Assembly: GCA_016699755.1 (NCBI GenBank)
Contig: CP065009.1
Coordinates: 298,098 to 362,097, forward strand
Source of the DNA: Candidatus Peregrinibacteria bacterium
GTDB lineage: Bacteria > Patescibacteriota > Gracilibacteria > CAIRYL01 > GCA-016699755
Direction of reading: 5' to 3'
Length of the DNA stretch: 64,000 bases
Numbering within the stretch: the first letter of the stretch is position 1; each line of letters opens with the position of its first letter. Positions 38,384-47,504 of this stretch are shown here, in pieces. Both the position numbers and the translations under genes were made by a program. Below the pieces are notes generated by a model that did not search any database, was not told the DNA's origin, and was given only the letters and a program-made list of their open reading frames with translations.

Positions 38384-38600
38384 TCTCACAAGGAGATTGC
38401 GAATTACGTCTGCAATGAAAAAGGAGAAAAGCTAAGAGTCCATAATGATAAGTTCCTCCCCCTTCCATCCCCCCAAAGGAGGCTGTGACGATATACATTT
38501 TCGGGAAAAATGATTGCATAAACAAGGAAATGTTGGGGATGGAAAGGTTATGAGAAAATTGTAGGAAAACACATTACAGAGAAAGTAATCTCATCCAATT

Positions 38601-39131
38601 CTAAAGTCCCGGATAGCCTTTCTCCCACCATTTCGATTCGAGTGCCTTGTTCTTGTAATAATCTACCACTTCGCGTTTGACTCCGAGTTTCTCTAAGGCA
38701 TCTGCTTGTACCTGAATGCATTCTTGTTCCATTTGCGCCTCACTCATATCTGGTACTCTCCCCTCGTGAAACTGTTTTCCGTGGCACGCTTCGTGTGCTA
38801 AAAATCCAGCGTGCATGAGTACGTCTTGTTTAGATCCATCCTTGAGAATGGTAACTTTTACTTCTCCATTATCGCCAAACTCTGTATAGCCGGAATAAAA
38901 CGTATCGAGCTGAATTTCTACAAATAAATATCGAACAGTGTCTATGTTGTTTGTGACGAGCTCAAAATATTCCGGTGCTTCTCGACGAAGGTACACAAGG
39001 GCTTCTCTTGTTTGTTTTATGGTGCTTGATCCTCCCTTGACATGAATGCCAAACGGAGTGGAGTACCATGACCACCCTCCAACAACAAGGAGGAAAATGC
39101 CGAGTATTTTTGCAATATTTGAGAGCCCCAT
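38601..39131 (-). CDS. membrane-anchored putative zinc metalloprotease-like protein
   Basis: N-terminal TM 'ILGIFLLVVGGW' and 'FLAHEACHG' (HExxH). Confidence 0.45.
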   Translation of the reverse strand: MGLSNIAKILGIFLLVVGGWSWYSTPFGIHVKGGSSTIKQTREALVYLRREAPEYFELVTNNIDTVRYLFVEIQLDTFYSGYTEFGDNGEVKVTILKDGSKQDVLMHAGFLAHEACHGKQFHEGRVPDMSEAQMEQECIQVQADALEKLGVKREVVDYYKNKALESKWWEKGYPGL

Positions 39132-39200
39132 TTCGTTTTTGTATCATATTTATTATAAAATATTATTAATTTATTTGCAATTTTCGAAAATTGTGATTCA

Positions 39201-40178
39201 ATGGTTTTTATGAAGGATAAAAACTATTTTGTATCGGTTGTCGTTCCGCTTTTTGAAGAGGCGGAAAATGTGCAGGAACTTCATAAAAAAATTGTGGTTG
39301 CCCTTACGAAATGGGGAAAACCGTTCGAAATTATTTTTGTAGATGATGGCTCTTTCGATGCGACATCTAAAATTTGCCGAGAGCTTTCTCCACTCACACT
39401 TATCCGTTTTCGGAAAAATGCGGGGCAGACTGCCGCGTTTGATGCTGGTATTCACTCTGCGAAAGGAGAGTATATTGTCACTATGGATGGAGATCTCCAA
39501 AACGATCCAGAGGATATTCCGCGGCTTTTTCATCATCTCGAAAAAAATTCTCTCGATGTGGTTTCTGGTTGGCGTGTGTACCGGAAAGATCCATTTTTGA
39601 AACGATTTTTTTCTCGTGGGGCGCATTTTCTTCGTCACATTCTTCTGCGAGACGGTATTCATGATTCTGGATGTTCACTTAAAATCTACAAGCGAGAGTG
39701 CTTTGAAGGATTACGCCTCTATGGAGAAATACACCGGTTTATTCCGGCGCTTCTGAAAATGCGCGGATTTCGTATTGGAGAACTTCCTGTGTCGCATTAT
39801 CCACGTAAGAATGGGCAAACGAAATATAATTGGAAACGAGCATTTAAAGGGCTTCTTGACATGTTTGTCGTGTGGTTTTGGCAGAAATATTTTCGACGTC
39901 CACTTCATTTTTTGGGAGGAGTTGGACTCCTCCTCTGGTTTTTTGGCTTTCTTTGTCTACTCTTTATTCTCTTCCTCAAGATTTCGCAAGGAAACGATCT
40001 TTCTGACAATGCCCTCACGACACTCGCCCTTTTTTGTTTCTTTTTTGGACTTCAATTTCTTTTTCTTGGAGTGCTCTTTGATGCGATCATAAAAATTTAT
40101 TATTCCCGTTCAGAAGAAACTCCCTATTTTATTGCTGAGAGACGGGAAAATGAAAAAGAAGAAGACGTGAATCATTAG
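39201..40178 (+). CDS. GT2 polyprenol-phosphate glycosyltransferase (DPM1/ArnC-like)
   Basis: 'VSVVVPLFEEAENV', 'FEIIFVDDGSFD', 'DGDLQNDPEDI', two C-terminal TMs. Confidence 0.85.
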   Translation: MVFMKDKNYFVSVVVPLFEEAENVQELHKKIVVALTKWGKPFEIIFVDDGSFDATSKICRELSPLTLIRFRKNAGQTAAFDAGIHSAKGEYIVTMDGDLQNDPEDIPRLFHHLEKNSLDVVSGWRVYRKDPFLKRFFSRGAHFLRHILLRDGIHDSGCSLKIYKRECFEGLRLYGEIHRFIPALLKMRGFRIGELPVSHYPRKNGQTKYNWKRAFKGLLDMFVVWFWQKYFRRPLHFLGGVGLLLWFFGFLCLLFILFLKISQGNDLSDNALTTLALFCFFFGLQFLFLGVLFDAIIKIYYSRSEETPYFIAERRENEKEEDVNH

Positions 40179-41842
40179 TAACCCCTTCTTCTCCCGAAAA
40201 CGGTGAAATGCGCTCTGTATTTGCTTCTAAGAATCCTGCCGACTCCAGAGGAATTCGCTCTAAGGCAAAACTATCGAGAAGAACGTATCCCGACTGACTT
40301 CGAAGAATTTTTTCAAATTCTTTTTGAGAAGTGATGTGTGGACGATTCATATATTGGGCACGTTCAACATCTTCCCAGTTTTTTGCTTTGCGATTCCAAT
40401 CGAAGAGCAAAACAATATCTGTCTCAAGTCCATAGAAATAGGAAATTTCTGGATAAGGAGTAATAAAAATCTCGTTCGGTTTTTTTCTTTCCGTGAGAAA
40501 ATGAAACGCAGTTCGAAAATCAGGTTGTGGAGTATAAAAACGGTATCCGGCACGTGGCATGTCTGCCTCAAGCGCGTAGGGAGCATTTGGAGCAAGAATC
40601 CATTCTGAAGCAAGGAATCCGAATTGTGCAACGACACACATCATCGTTATAATAATGCCCTGCGATTTTTCTACAACAGGTATCCATAAAAATCCGAGGA
40701 GAAGAAGGATGGGAAAAAGCGGAAAAAGGTAACGATAATTCACAGCAGAAATAAAGAGTCCAATCACCAAAAAAGGGATGAGAAAAGCCACAACAAGAAA
40801 GAGGAGAAAATATCGATTGCGACGTTCGCCACTCCACAATAGAAAAATGCTGGAGATAGTGGCACTTATAAGTACGACACTGTGCTGTTCCCAAAGAAAT
40901 CGAAGATGATAAAAAAGCGAAAGCGAAAGACCATCTCTCACGAGAAACATAATGAGATCAAATTTCCAGAAGAGAAAAAGAAGAATAAGAAAGAAAAAGA
41001 GAGTGAGCTGAACCCATCGTCTGTACACAGCAAAAAAAGGTGGAAGAAAAAAAGAATTTCCTCTTCGAATTCCCAAAACGAGAAAAAACAAGGGAAAGAG
41101 AATGCTTCCGAATGGATGTGTAAACGAGGCGCAAAGTGAAAAGAAAAAGAAGGGAAAGAGCATTCTCGTATCCGAAAAGGATCTCCAGAGAAAAAAGAGA
41201 GGAGACCAAAAAAAGGGTCTGAAGCATTTGGTACATTCTTCCCTGTATCGACCACACGATTTCCCACGAAGAAAACGCAATGGCAACTGCAAAAACAAAA
41301 GGAAGTATGCTTTTTGGAAAAAGCTTTCGCATTCCAAAGAACGACAAGAGAATAAGGAGAACTCCAAACAAAAAAGAGGGGAGTCGCAATGCCCATTCCG
41401 ATATACCAAAAAGACTCATGCTTCCTGCCTGCAACGCATGAAAGAGCATGCTGTTTTTTCCATATTTAAAGCCGGTTTCTAGCGTTATACCAAGAGTTTT
41501 TCGAAAGGTGTCTGCGGCAAGGAATGAATATCCCTCATCCATCCAAAGCGAAGCCACAGAAATGGCGTTCCAACGCAAAAAAATGCCCCAAAAAATGAGC
41601 AACAAAAAAATACCAACCCCACAAAGAGAGAAAAAGAAGTTTCGATGGAAAGAACGGAGTATACGTTTCAATTTTATGGCAGATTGTTTTTTTCTTGAAA
41701 ATTCTCTCAAAAAATTTGCTTTTTTCAAAAGACATTTTCTAATATTCAAAGGAAGGTATTTTTTCGGTAATATTTCATGATATACAAAAGAGTATTGTTT
41801 TTGGTGTTTCTTGTGTTTGGGATGTTTTTTGTCCAAGGACAT
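40129..41842 (-). pseudogene. ArnT/PMT_2-like (GT39/GT83) polytopic glycosyltransferase split into two overlapping frames
   Basis: ORF 40958-41842 carries the N-terminal 'LWMDEGYSFLAA...EWALRLPSFLFG' block. ORF 40129-41409 carries the remaining TM bundle and periplasmic domain. The frames overlap in a region with T/A homopolymer runs (about 41030-41200). True frameshift versus assembly error is unresolved, and the 5' start is uncertain. Confidence 0.55.
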
Positions 41843-42664
41843 GCCTCTGCCTCTTTTCTTTTTGAGAGCACTGCTGGGTACGGTGGTAGTGCATGTGACG
41901 ATCCAATTTTCTCTAATGTGAGCCCTGCTCCCAATACAGAGATCTCTTCTTTGGCACAGGTTTCCTTTTTTGTTCCACTCAAAACACCAAACGAGACTAT
42001 TCGTGTAGAGGTTAATGAAACCTTTGTTTCAAACCTTTCTTTTCAGGAGATTTCTGGAAAAAAGCTTGTCACTGCCATTCTTCCCTCTCGGATTGTTGCG
42101 ACTGGAACTATTCGCATTTCTCTCTTCGCCTCTCTTTCTGAAGAGTGTCCAAAATCTTTTGTATATGATATTTCTATTGTTGTTCCACCTCCACCTTTAC
42201 AGCCGACGTGCACGCTCAATGCTTTTCCAAAAGAAGTTTTTGCAGGAGAAAAGGCAACACTAGAATGGCATGCCGAAAATGCAGATTGGGCAGTGCTCGA
42301 AGGGGAATCTGTTTCTCCAGCAGGAGGGGAGCGATACATTTTTCCGCAACAAACAACTCTATATAAAATGAGTGTGGGAAAAGCGAAAGAAACTTCAACA
42401 TGTGAAGTACGTGTGACTGTACATCCTCTTCCTTTGCCCTCCTGCACACTTACTGCCTCACCAAATAAGGTTCGATTTGGAAAAAGTACAACACTTTCGT
42501 GGGAAACGCATTATGCCGATTCTGCTTGGTTTTTGCGGAAGCCTGTTTCTGTGCCAACGGGATCGAAGGTGGTTTTTCCCTTTTGGACGAACTTCTACGT
42601 TCTCGCCGTCTTTAATTCGAGAGGAATGGGAATGTGTACAGAATTCGTTCGAGTAGGTTGGTAA
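41777..42664 (+). CDS. secreted protein with two tandem Ig-like repeats
   Basis: Signal peptide 'VLFLVFLVFGMFFVQGHASA'. Repeats 'CTLNAFPKEVFAGEKATLEWHAENADWA...' and 'CTLTASPNKVRFGKSTTLSWETHYADSA...'. Confidence 0.5.
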   Translation: MIYKRVLFLVFLVFGMFFVQGHASASFLFESTAGYGGSACDDPIFSNVSPAPNTEISSLAQVSFFVPLKTPNETIRVEVNETFVSNLSFQEISGKKLVTAILPSRIVATGTIRISLFASLSEECPKSFVYDISIVVPPPPLQPTCTLNAFPKEVFAGEKATLEWHAENADWAVLEGESVSPAGGERYIFPQQTTLYKMSVGKAKETSTCEVRVTVHPLPLPSCTLTASPNKVRFGKSTTLSWETHYADSAWFLRKPVSVPTGSKVVFPFWTNFYVLAVFNSRGMGMCTEFVRVGW

Positions 42665-42796
42665 GAAAAAATATAGAGAAAAGAGCTTTTTTATTTTAAA
42701 AAATATTTCTGTCAATACAAAAAAAATTGATTTTTCTGTATTTCTTGCCTGTTTTGCTGACAAGGTGATAGCTTTCTCTTATATAGGAAAATAAGA

Positions 42797-43753
42797 ATGA
42801 ATATGAGAGAGGCTGTTCCATTACGGCAGTTTTCGGTATTTCAAGTGGGGGGACCTGCTGATTATTTTGTTCAAATAAAAGAACGCAACGATCTTCTCAA
42901 TGCTATAGAATTTTCCGAGAAGAAAAAACTCCCCATTTTTGTTATGGGAGATGCAACCAATATTCTCTTTTCTGAAAAAGGATTTCGAGGACTCGTTATA
43001 AAAATGGAAAATGATAAGGTTCATGAAGAAAAAAGAGAAGCATTTTTTGTGGAATCGGGAAAGAGAAACAGCATTCTTTGCCAAGAACTTCAGGAGAAAG
43101 GGCGTGATTTTTCAAGTTTTTTTACCGTCCCCGGAACCATTGGCGGTGCTATTGCTGGAAATGCGGGGCTTTGGGGAGCGAGTATCGAGCAATATCTTGA
43201 GGAGGTTGAAGTTTGTGATGTGCGAGAGAAAAAATTCCGAAAAATTCCGGCAGATTTCTTTCGTTTTGAGCATCGGAGAACCGTTTTTCACGATGAACCA
43301 GATTTACGAGGAAGGGTCGTTATTTGGTCCGCTGTATTACGCTTTCCAAAGGGGTCTCCCAAAGATATTTTCGAGCGAGCAGAGTCTATTCTTAATATGC
43401 GTCGAGAAGAAGACGCATGGGGAGAGAGAGGAGGAAGTATTTTTCGAAGCCTTCCCGATGGGGATATTCGCGTGTATCTTGATCTTTTTCGAGGAAAACA
43501 GTGGGAAAACATCTCTGTTTCTGAGAAAAATCCAAATTTTTTTCGAAATGAAGGAGGTGCTCTCCAGAAAGATTTTCTTTTGGTAGCTCGAGAGATTGCT
43601 GTGGAAGTTGATCGTGTCTATGGAATCCGTTTGCAAACAGAAGTACGAATTATTGATGAGTTTGGTCTTGAGATTCCTCTTTTTAAGGATGATATCCACA
43701 AGGGTCTTCAATGTACATACACGATTTCTTCATTGGAAGTCCCCTTACTATGA
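42797..43753 (+). CDS. murB: UDP-N-acetylenolpyruvoylglucosamine reductase (copy 1)
   Basis: 'FQVGGPADYFV', 'PIFVMGDATNILF', 'PGTIGGAIAGNAG', 'GGSIFRS', 'EVRIIDEFG'. Confidence 0.85.
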   Translation: MNMREAVPLRQFSVFQVGGPADYFVQIKERNDLLNAIEFSEKKKLPIFVMGDATNILFSEKGFRGLVIKMENDKVHEEKREAFFVESGKRNSILCQELQEKGRDFSSFFTVPGTIGGAIAGNAGLWGASIEQYLEEVEVCDVREKKFRKIPADFFRFEHRRTVFHDEPDLRGRVVIWSAVLRFPKGSPKDIFERAESILNMRREEDAWGERGGSIFRSLPDGDIRVYLDLFRGKQWENISVSEKNPNFFRNEGGALQKDFLLVAREIAVEVDRVYGIRLQTEVRIIDEFGLEIPLFKDDIHKGLQCTYTISSLEVPLL

Positions 43754-44658
43754 AGATGCGCCACGATGTTCCGCTCTCTCAGTTTTCTACCTTTCGTATT
43801 GGTGGTCCGGCGGACTTTTTGATATTTGCAGAGACGAAAGATCATGTAGAGGAAGCCCTTCAATTTGCTGAAGAGAAGCATCTTCCTGTGTTTTTTTTGG
43901 GTGGAGGAAGCAACGTGCTTTTTTCTGATTTTGGTTTTCGTGGACTCGTTATTTGTCTTAAAAATCGAAATGTAATCGAAGAATCGCCTGGGATTTTTTG
44001 TGTTGAAGCAGGAGTACCAAATGTTCTTTTTTACGCTTATGCAAAAGAGCGACACCGCGATTTTTCCCCATTTTTTACCATTCCCGGAACCATTGGTGGT
44101 GCCATTGCTGGAAATGCAGGAGTGCCTCAAGGGGAAATAAAAGACGTTCTTCTTTCTGCGGAGGTATTTCACATTTCCCAAAAGAAATGGGAAGAAGTGT
44201 CCACTTCCTTCTTTCGTTTTTCGTATCGTCATTCCTGTTTTCATGAAGATCCTGCTCTTTGTAAAGAAATCCTTATTTGGTCAGCTCGGGTTTCGCTTCC
44301 GGAAAAATTGCCAAATGAAATAGAACAGACAGCACATGCTTTTCTTCAGAAGCGAAAAGAAACTCAACCATGGGGAATGACTGGTGGTAGTTTTTTTCGA
44401 AATCCTTCAGAAGGAGCTGCCGGTTTTTTCTTGGAACAATCGGGAATGAAGGGGCAGCAAGTTGGAGATGCATTTTTTTCTGAAAAACACGCTAATTTTC
44501 TTATGAATGCGGGAAGAGCAACACAACGAGATATTATTGATCTCGCCAAAATGGGAATATCTGCGGTTTGGAAAAGCTTTTCTATATTGCTCTCTCCTGA
44601 GGTTCGTATTCTCGATGAATTTGGAAACGAAGTTCCTCTTTCGCTAGAACATTTATAG
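43750..44658 (+). CDS. murB: UDP-N-acetylenolpyruvoylglucosamine reductase (copy 2)
   Basis: 'FRIGGPADFLI', 'PVFFLGGGSNVLF', 'PGTIGGAIAGNAG', 'GGSFFRNP', 'EVRILDEFG'. ATGA overlap with copy 1. Confidence 0.85.
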   Translation: MKMRHDVPLSQFSTFRIGGPADFLIFAETKDHVEEALQFAEEKHLPVFFLGGGSNVLFSDFGFRGLVICLKNRNVIEESPGIFCVEAGVPNVLFYAYAKERHRDFSPFFTIPGTIGGAIAGNAGVPQGEIKDVLLSAEVFHISQKKWEEVSTSFFRFSYRHSCFHEDPALCKEILIWSARVSLPEKLPNEIEQTAHAFLQKRKETQPWGMTGGSFFRNPSEGAAGFFLEQSGMKGQQVGDAFFSEKHANFLMNAGRATQRDIIDLAKMGISAVWKSFSILLSPEVRILDEFGNEVPLSLEHL

Positions 44659-46050
44659 AAAGTAGGATCGGAATTTTGTTTGATTCAAATAAAGAGCCCA
44701 TTTTTTGGTTGCCTGTTTTTTTCGAGAGAAGGAAAAAGAAACGCTATCTCCATTGCGAACCGAACTCGCGAGTTCTTCCAGCCGACCATTGAGCCGTACT
44801 TCCTTTATAAAAGCGGATCTTTTTTTGTAGAGAAGACATGCCACATCAAGAAGTGTGGCAGGAGCATCAATCGTATGCGGAGTATTTTCTTTGTCGAAAA
44901 TAATAATATGCCTTTCTCGAATAGCAGATTTGAGTAATTGTTCAAAGTGTTCTGGTGATTTTACCTCTGCTCGAAGATGGAGAAGTCCTCGTTCAAGGTT
45001 TCCCAGCATCTTCCCTTTTGTGAGCGCGTATTTTGCATTTTTATAGCGAGCATGAGAAGCGAGACCAAATTCATCTTGAGAATGCATACGATGTGTTCGA
45101 ATTTGCACTTCAATGCGTTGTGGGTTTTCTCCTGGAAATGGAGAAACGAGAGTGTGAAGCGATTGGTATCCATTTTCCTTTGGAGCGGCAATGTAGTCTC
45201 GAAACCCCTCAAATGAAGGCGGAAAAAGTCGGTGCACAATACCGAGAATGTGGTAACAGTCCTTTTCATTTTCTGTGATGATACGAATAGCAATTCGATC
45301 TGGAATTTCACGAAAGGATTGGTGGTGAAGGAGGAGTTTTTTATAGGTGGAATAGATTCCTTTCATTCTCTTGTGAATCTGGGCGGGAATGTTTTCTCTT
45401 TGCATCTTTTCTCGGAGAATTGTTTCTGTTTTTTCGAGAAGCGCATTGTCAAAACGAGAAGAAGCACTGAATGATTTCAGAACTTTTTGGAAATAACGAG
45501 GATGAAGCACAGAAAAAGAGATATCTTCCAATTCTCGCCGCCAAGCAGAAATACCAAGACTTCCTGCAATGACTCCATAAAGAAAGAGTGTTTCTCGAGA
45601 GATTGTTTTTTGAAGTCTCAAAAGAAAACGTGTTATGTGGCGAATATCGTTAACGCGGTGAGCGAGGCGGAGAAGGGCAATGTCGGCATTTTCAAGAAAT
45701 GATTGAATGGCAAATTCAAGATCGTCCGTATTTTCATCAACATGAAGTCGGCGGAGTTGATGCATGCTTCTGATGATATTCCGCTCTGATTCAGAAAAAA
45801 AAGATTTTCGTAAAATCTCTTCTCCACGAGGATGAAGATGGATATCGTGGCATAAGGCACATGCGATGAGTGAAGGGTTTTTTGTTCGTTCAAAGGTGAC
45901 ACACGCAACTTCCTCTCCGTGTTTTGCGTAGCTTTCTCCAGTTCGTCGCATAATTGTTGAAAGGTGTGTATTTGCTAATTCATGGGCGGCACGTATGACA
46001 TATTTCTGTCCTGAAGAATCAAAGAATGACAAGATCTCTGCGAAGGTCAC
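44653..46050 (-). CDS. RelA/SpoT homologue, (p)ppGpp synthetase/hydrolase
   Basis: HD domain ('HGEEVA...ALCHDI'), synthetase block 'YQSLHTLV...IEVQIRTHRMH', C-terminal TGS-like 'IFDKENTPHTIDAPATLLDVA'. GTG start. Confidence 0.85.
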   Translation of the reverse strand: MTFAEILSFFDSSGQKYVIRAAHELANTHLSTIMRRTGESYAKHGEEVACVTFERTKNPSLIACALCHDIHLHPRGEEILRKSFFSESERNIIRSMHQLRRLHVDENTDDLEFAIQSFLENADIALLRLAHRVNDIRHITRFLLRLQKTISRETLFLYGVIAGSLGISAWRRELEDISFSVLHPRYFQKVLKSFSASSRFDNALLEKTETILREKMQRENIPAQIHKRMKGIYSTYKKLLLHHQSFREIPDRIAIRIITENEKDCYHILGIVHRLFPPSFEGFRDYIAAPKENGYQSLHTLVSPFPGENPQRIEVQIRTHRMHSQDEFGLASHARYKNAKYALTKGKMLGNLERGLLHLRAEVKSPEHFEQLLKSAIRERHIIIFDKENTPHTIDAPATLLDVACLLYKKRSAFIKEVRLNGRLEELASSVRNGDSVSFSFSRKKQATKKWALYLNQTKFRSYFL

Positions 46051-47345
46051 TATTTCATTTCGTCAAGAGAAAGTGTTATCTCTTCCTCCTCTTCATTTCG
46101 TAAAAAACGAATATGAATGGTTTCTCCTGGAAGTTTTTTCTGAAGAAGAGATTGAAGATCATTTCTATCGGAAATGCTTTCACCATCAATTTCCGTGAGA
46201 ATGTCTCCTGCTTGCAATCCTGCTTTTTCTGCTGGTGAATTTGGCACAATGGGGGAGTCTTCTCCCGATTGTGGCGGTACAATATATGCTCCAGAATTCA
46301 CGGAGAGGTGAAGTTGGTTGGCAATATCTTCTGTGAGCGGAATATAGCGAATGCCGAGAAATGGTCGCACAATTTTCCCAGATTTTTTTACAGAGGCAAC
46401 AAGAGATTGCAAATCGCTTGCAGGAATAGCAAATCCAATTCCATTCGCACCGGAGGCGATAGCAGTGTTCATTCCAATAACTTTTCCGTCGAGGGTGACA
46501 AGCGGACCGCCAGAATTCCCAGGATTAATGGCAGCATCCGTTTGAATAAGATTTCGTATCTCTTCTTGAGAGCCATGTCCACTTGCTGTAATTGTTCTTC
46601 CGAGTCCTGAAATGATTCCTGTGGTCACGGTATTTTGAAACTCTGCGAGTGCATTTCCAATGGCAATAACTCGTTGTCCCACTCGAAGTGCGTCTGAGTC
46701 CCCCAGTTCTAAGGGAAAGAGGCGTTTTGTAACTTCTGGATCATCTTTGTTGACACGAAGAACAGCAACATCCAAAAAAACATCCCGATCGACTACTTCT
46801 GCTTCAGTTTCATATCCATCAGGAAAAACAACGGAGTATTCTGAATCCATCTCAGAAACAACATGTCGATTCGTAAGAATAAGACCATCTTCTGAAATTA
46901 TAAAGCCACTTCCGCCTCCAATTTCTACTTCTTTCGTCTGAGGAGTTGTTGATTTTGGGAGGAGAAAAGCATCCTGAAATGGGTCGTAGTAAAGCACTCC
47001 GCGTCTTCCAGAAACAGAAACATTACGCCGCTCAATAACGCTTACTACTGAAGGGCGTGTTTTTTCTACAGTGTTGATAAGATCAGATTCCTCAATATGC
47101 GTTTCGGTAACAATATGTTCAGACTCTTGTTTTTGAGAATTATTCAAGTCTGTTTCCTTACCATTTTCTGGAGAAAATTTAGAGCGCAATTCTGCTATCT
47201 GCGCACGGAGAACGTCAATTTCCGCAGAGCGAAGATGAATAAAAAATGCCCCTGTGCCAAGGGAGAGGAGGAGGGCGAATCCAAGAAAAAGAGAAAGAAT
47301 ACGTTGAAACATTTTCTTACACAAAAAGCACTTCCACTGAATCAC
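46050..47345 (-). CDS. HtrA/DegP-family serine protease with PDZ domain
   Basis: 'LTNRHV', 'DVAVLRV', 'GNSGGPLV' triad blocks and a PDZ 'AEKAGLQAGDILTEIDG'. N-terminal anchor. Start may be 47312. Confidence 0.9.
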   Translation of the reverse strand: MIQWKCFLCKKMFQRILSLFLGFALLLSLGTGAFFIHLRSAEIDVLRAQIAELRSKFSPENGKETDLNNSQKQESEHIVTETHIEESDLINTVEKTRPSVVSVIERRNVSVSGRRGVLYYDPFQDAFLLPKSTTPQTKEVEIGGGSGFIISEDGLILTNRHVVSEMDSEYSVVFPDGYETEAEVVDRDVFLDVAVLRVNKDDPEVTKRLFPLELGDSDALRVGQRVIAIGNALAEFQNTVTTGIISGLGRTITASGHGSQEEIRNLIQTDAAINPGNSGGPLVTLDGKVIGMNTAIASGANGIGFAIPASDLQSLVASVKKSGKIVRPFLGIRYIPLTEDIANQLHLSVNSGAYIVPPQSGEDSPIVPNSPAEKAGLQAGDILTEIDGESISDRNDLQSLLQKKLPGETIHIRFLRNEEEEEITLSLDEMK

Positions 47346-47504
47346 ACCTTTTTCTCTTTCGCAATATTTTTTTTTGTGTTTGTAATTTAATTATTATATG
47401 TTATAATAGCAACAAGAACACAAGAACAGAAAAGGATTTCAAAAACATAAAATGATAAACAGAAAACCTCTCTGCTCACAGATTCTCTTTCTTTTTCGGC
47501 TTTT

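Noticed and set aside
39198-39662. 154-aa minus-strand ORF
   Set aside because: It is fully antisense to the well-supported GT2 glycosyltransferase.
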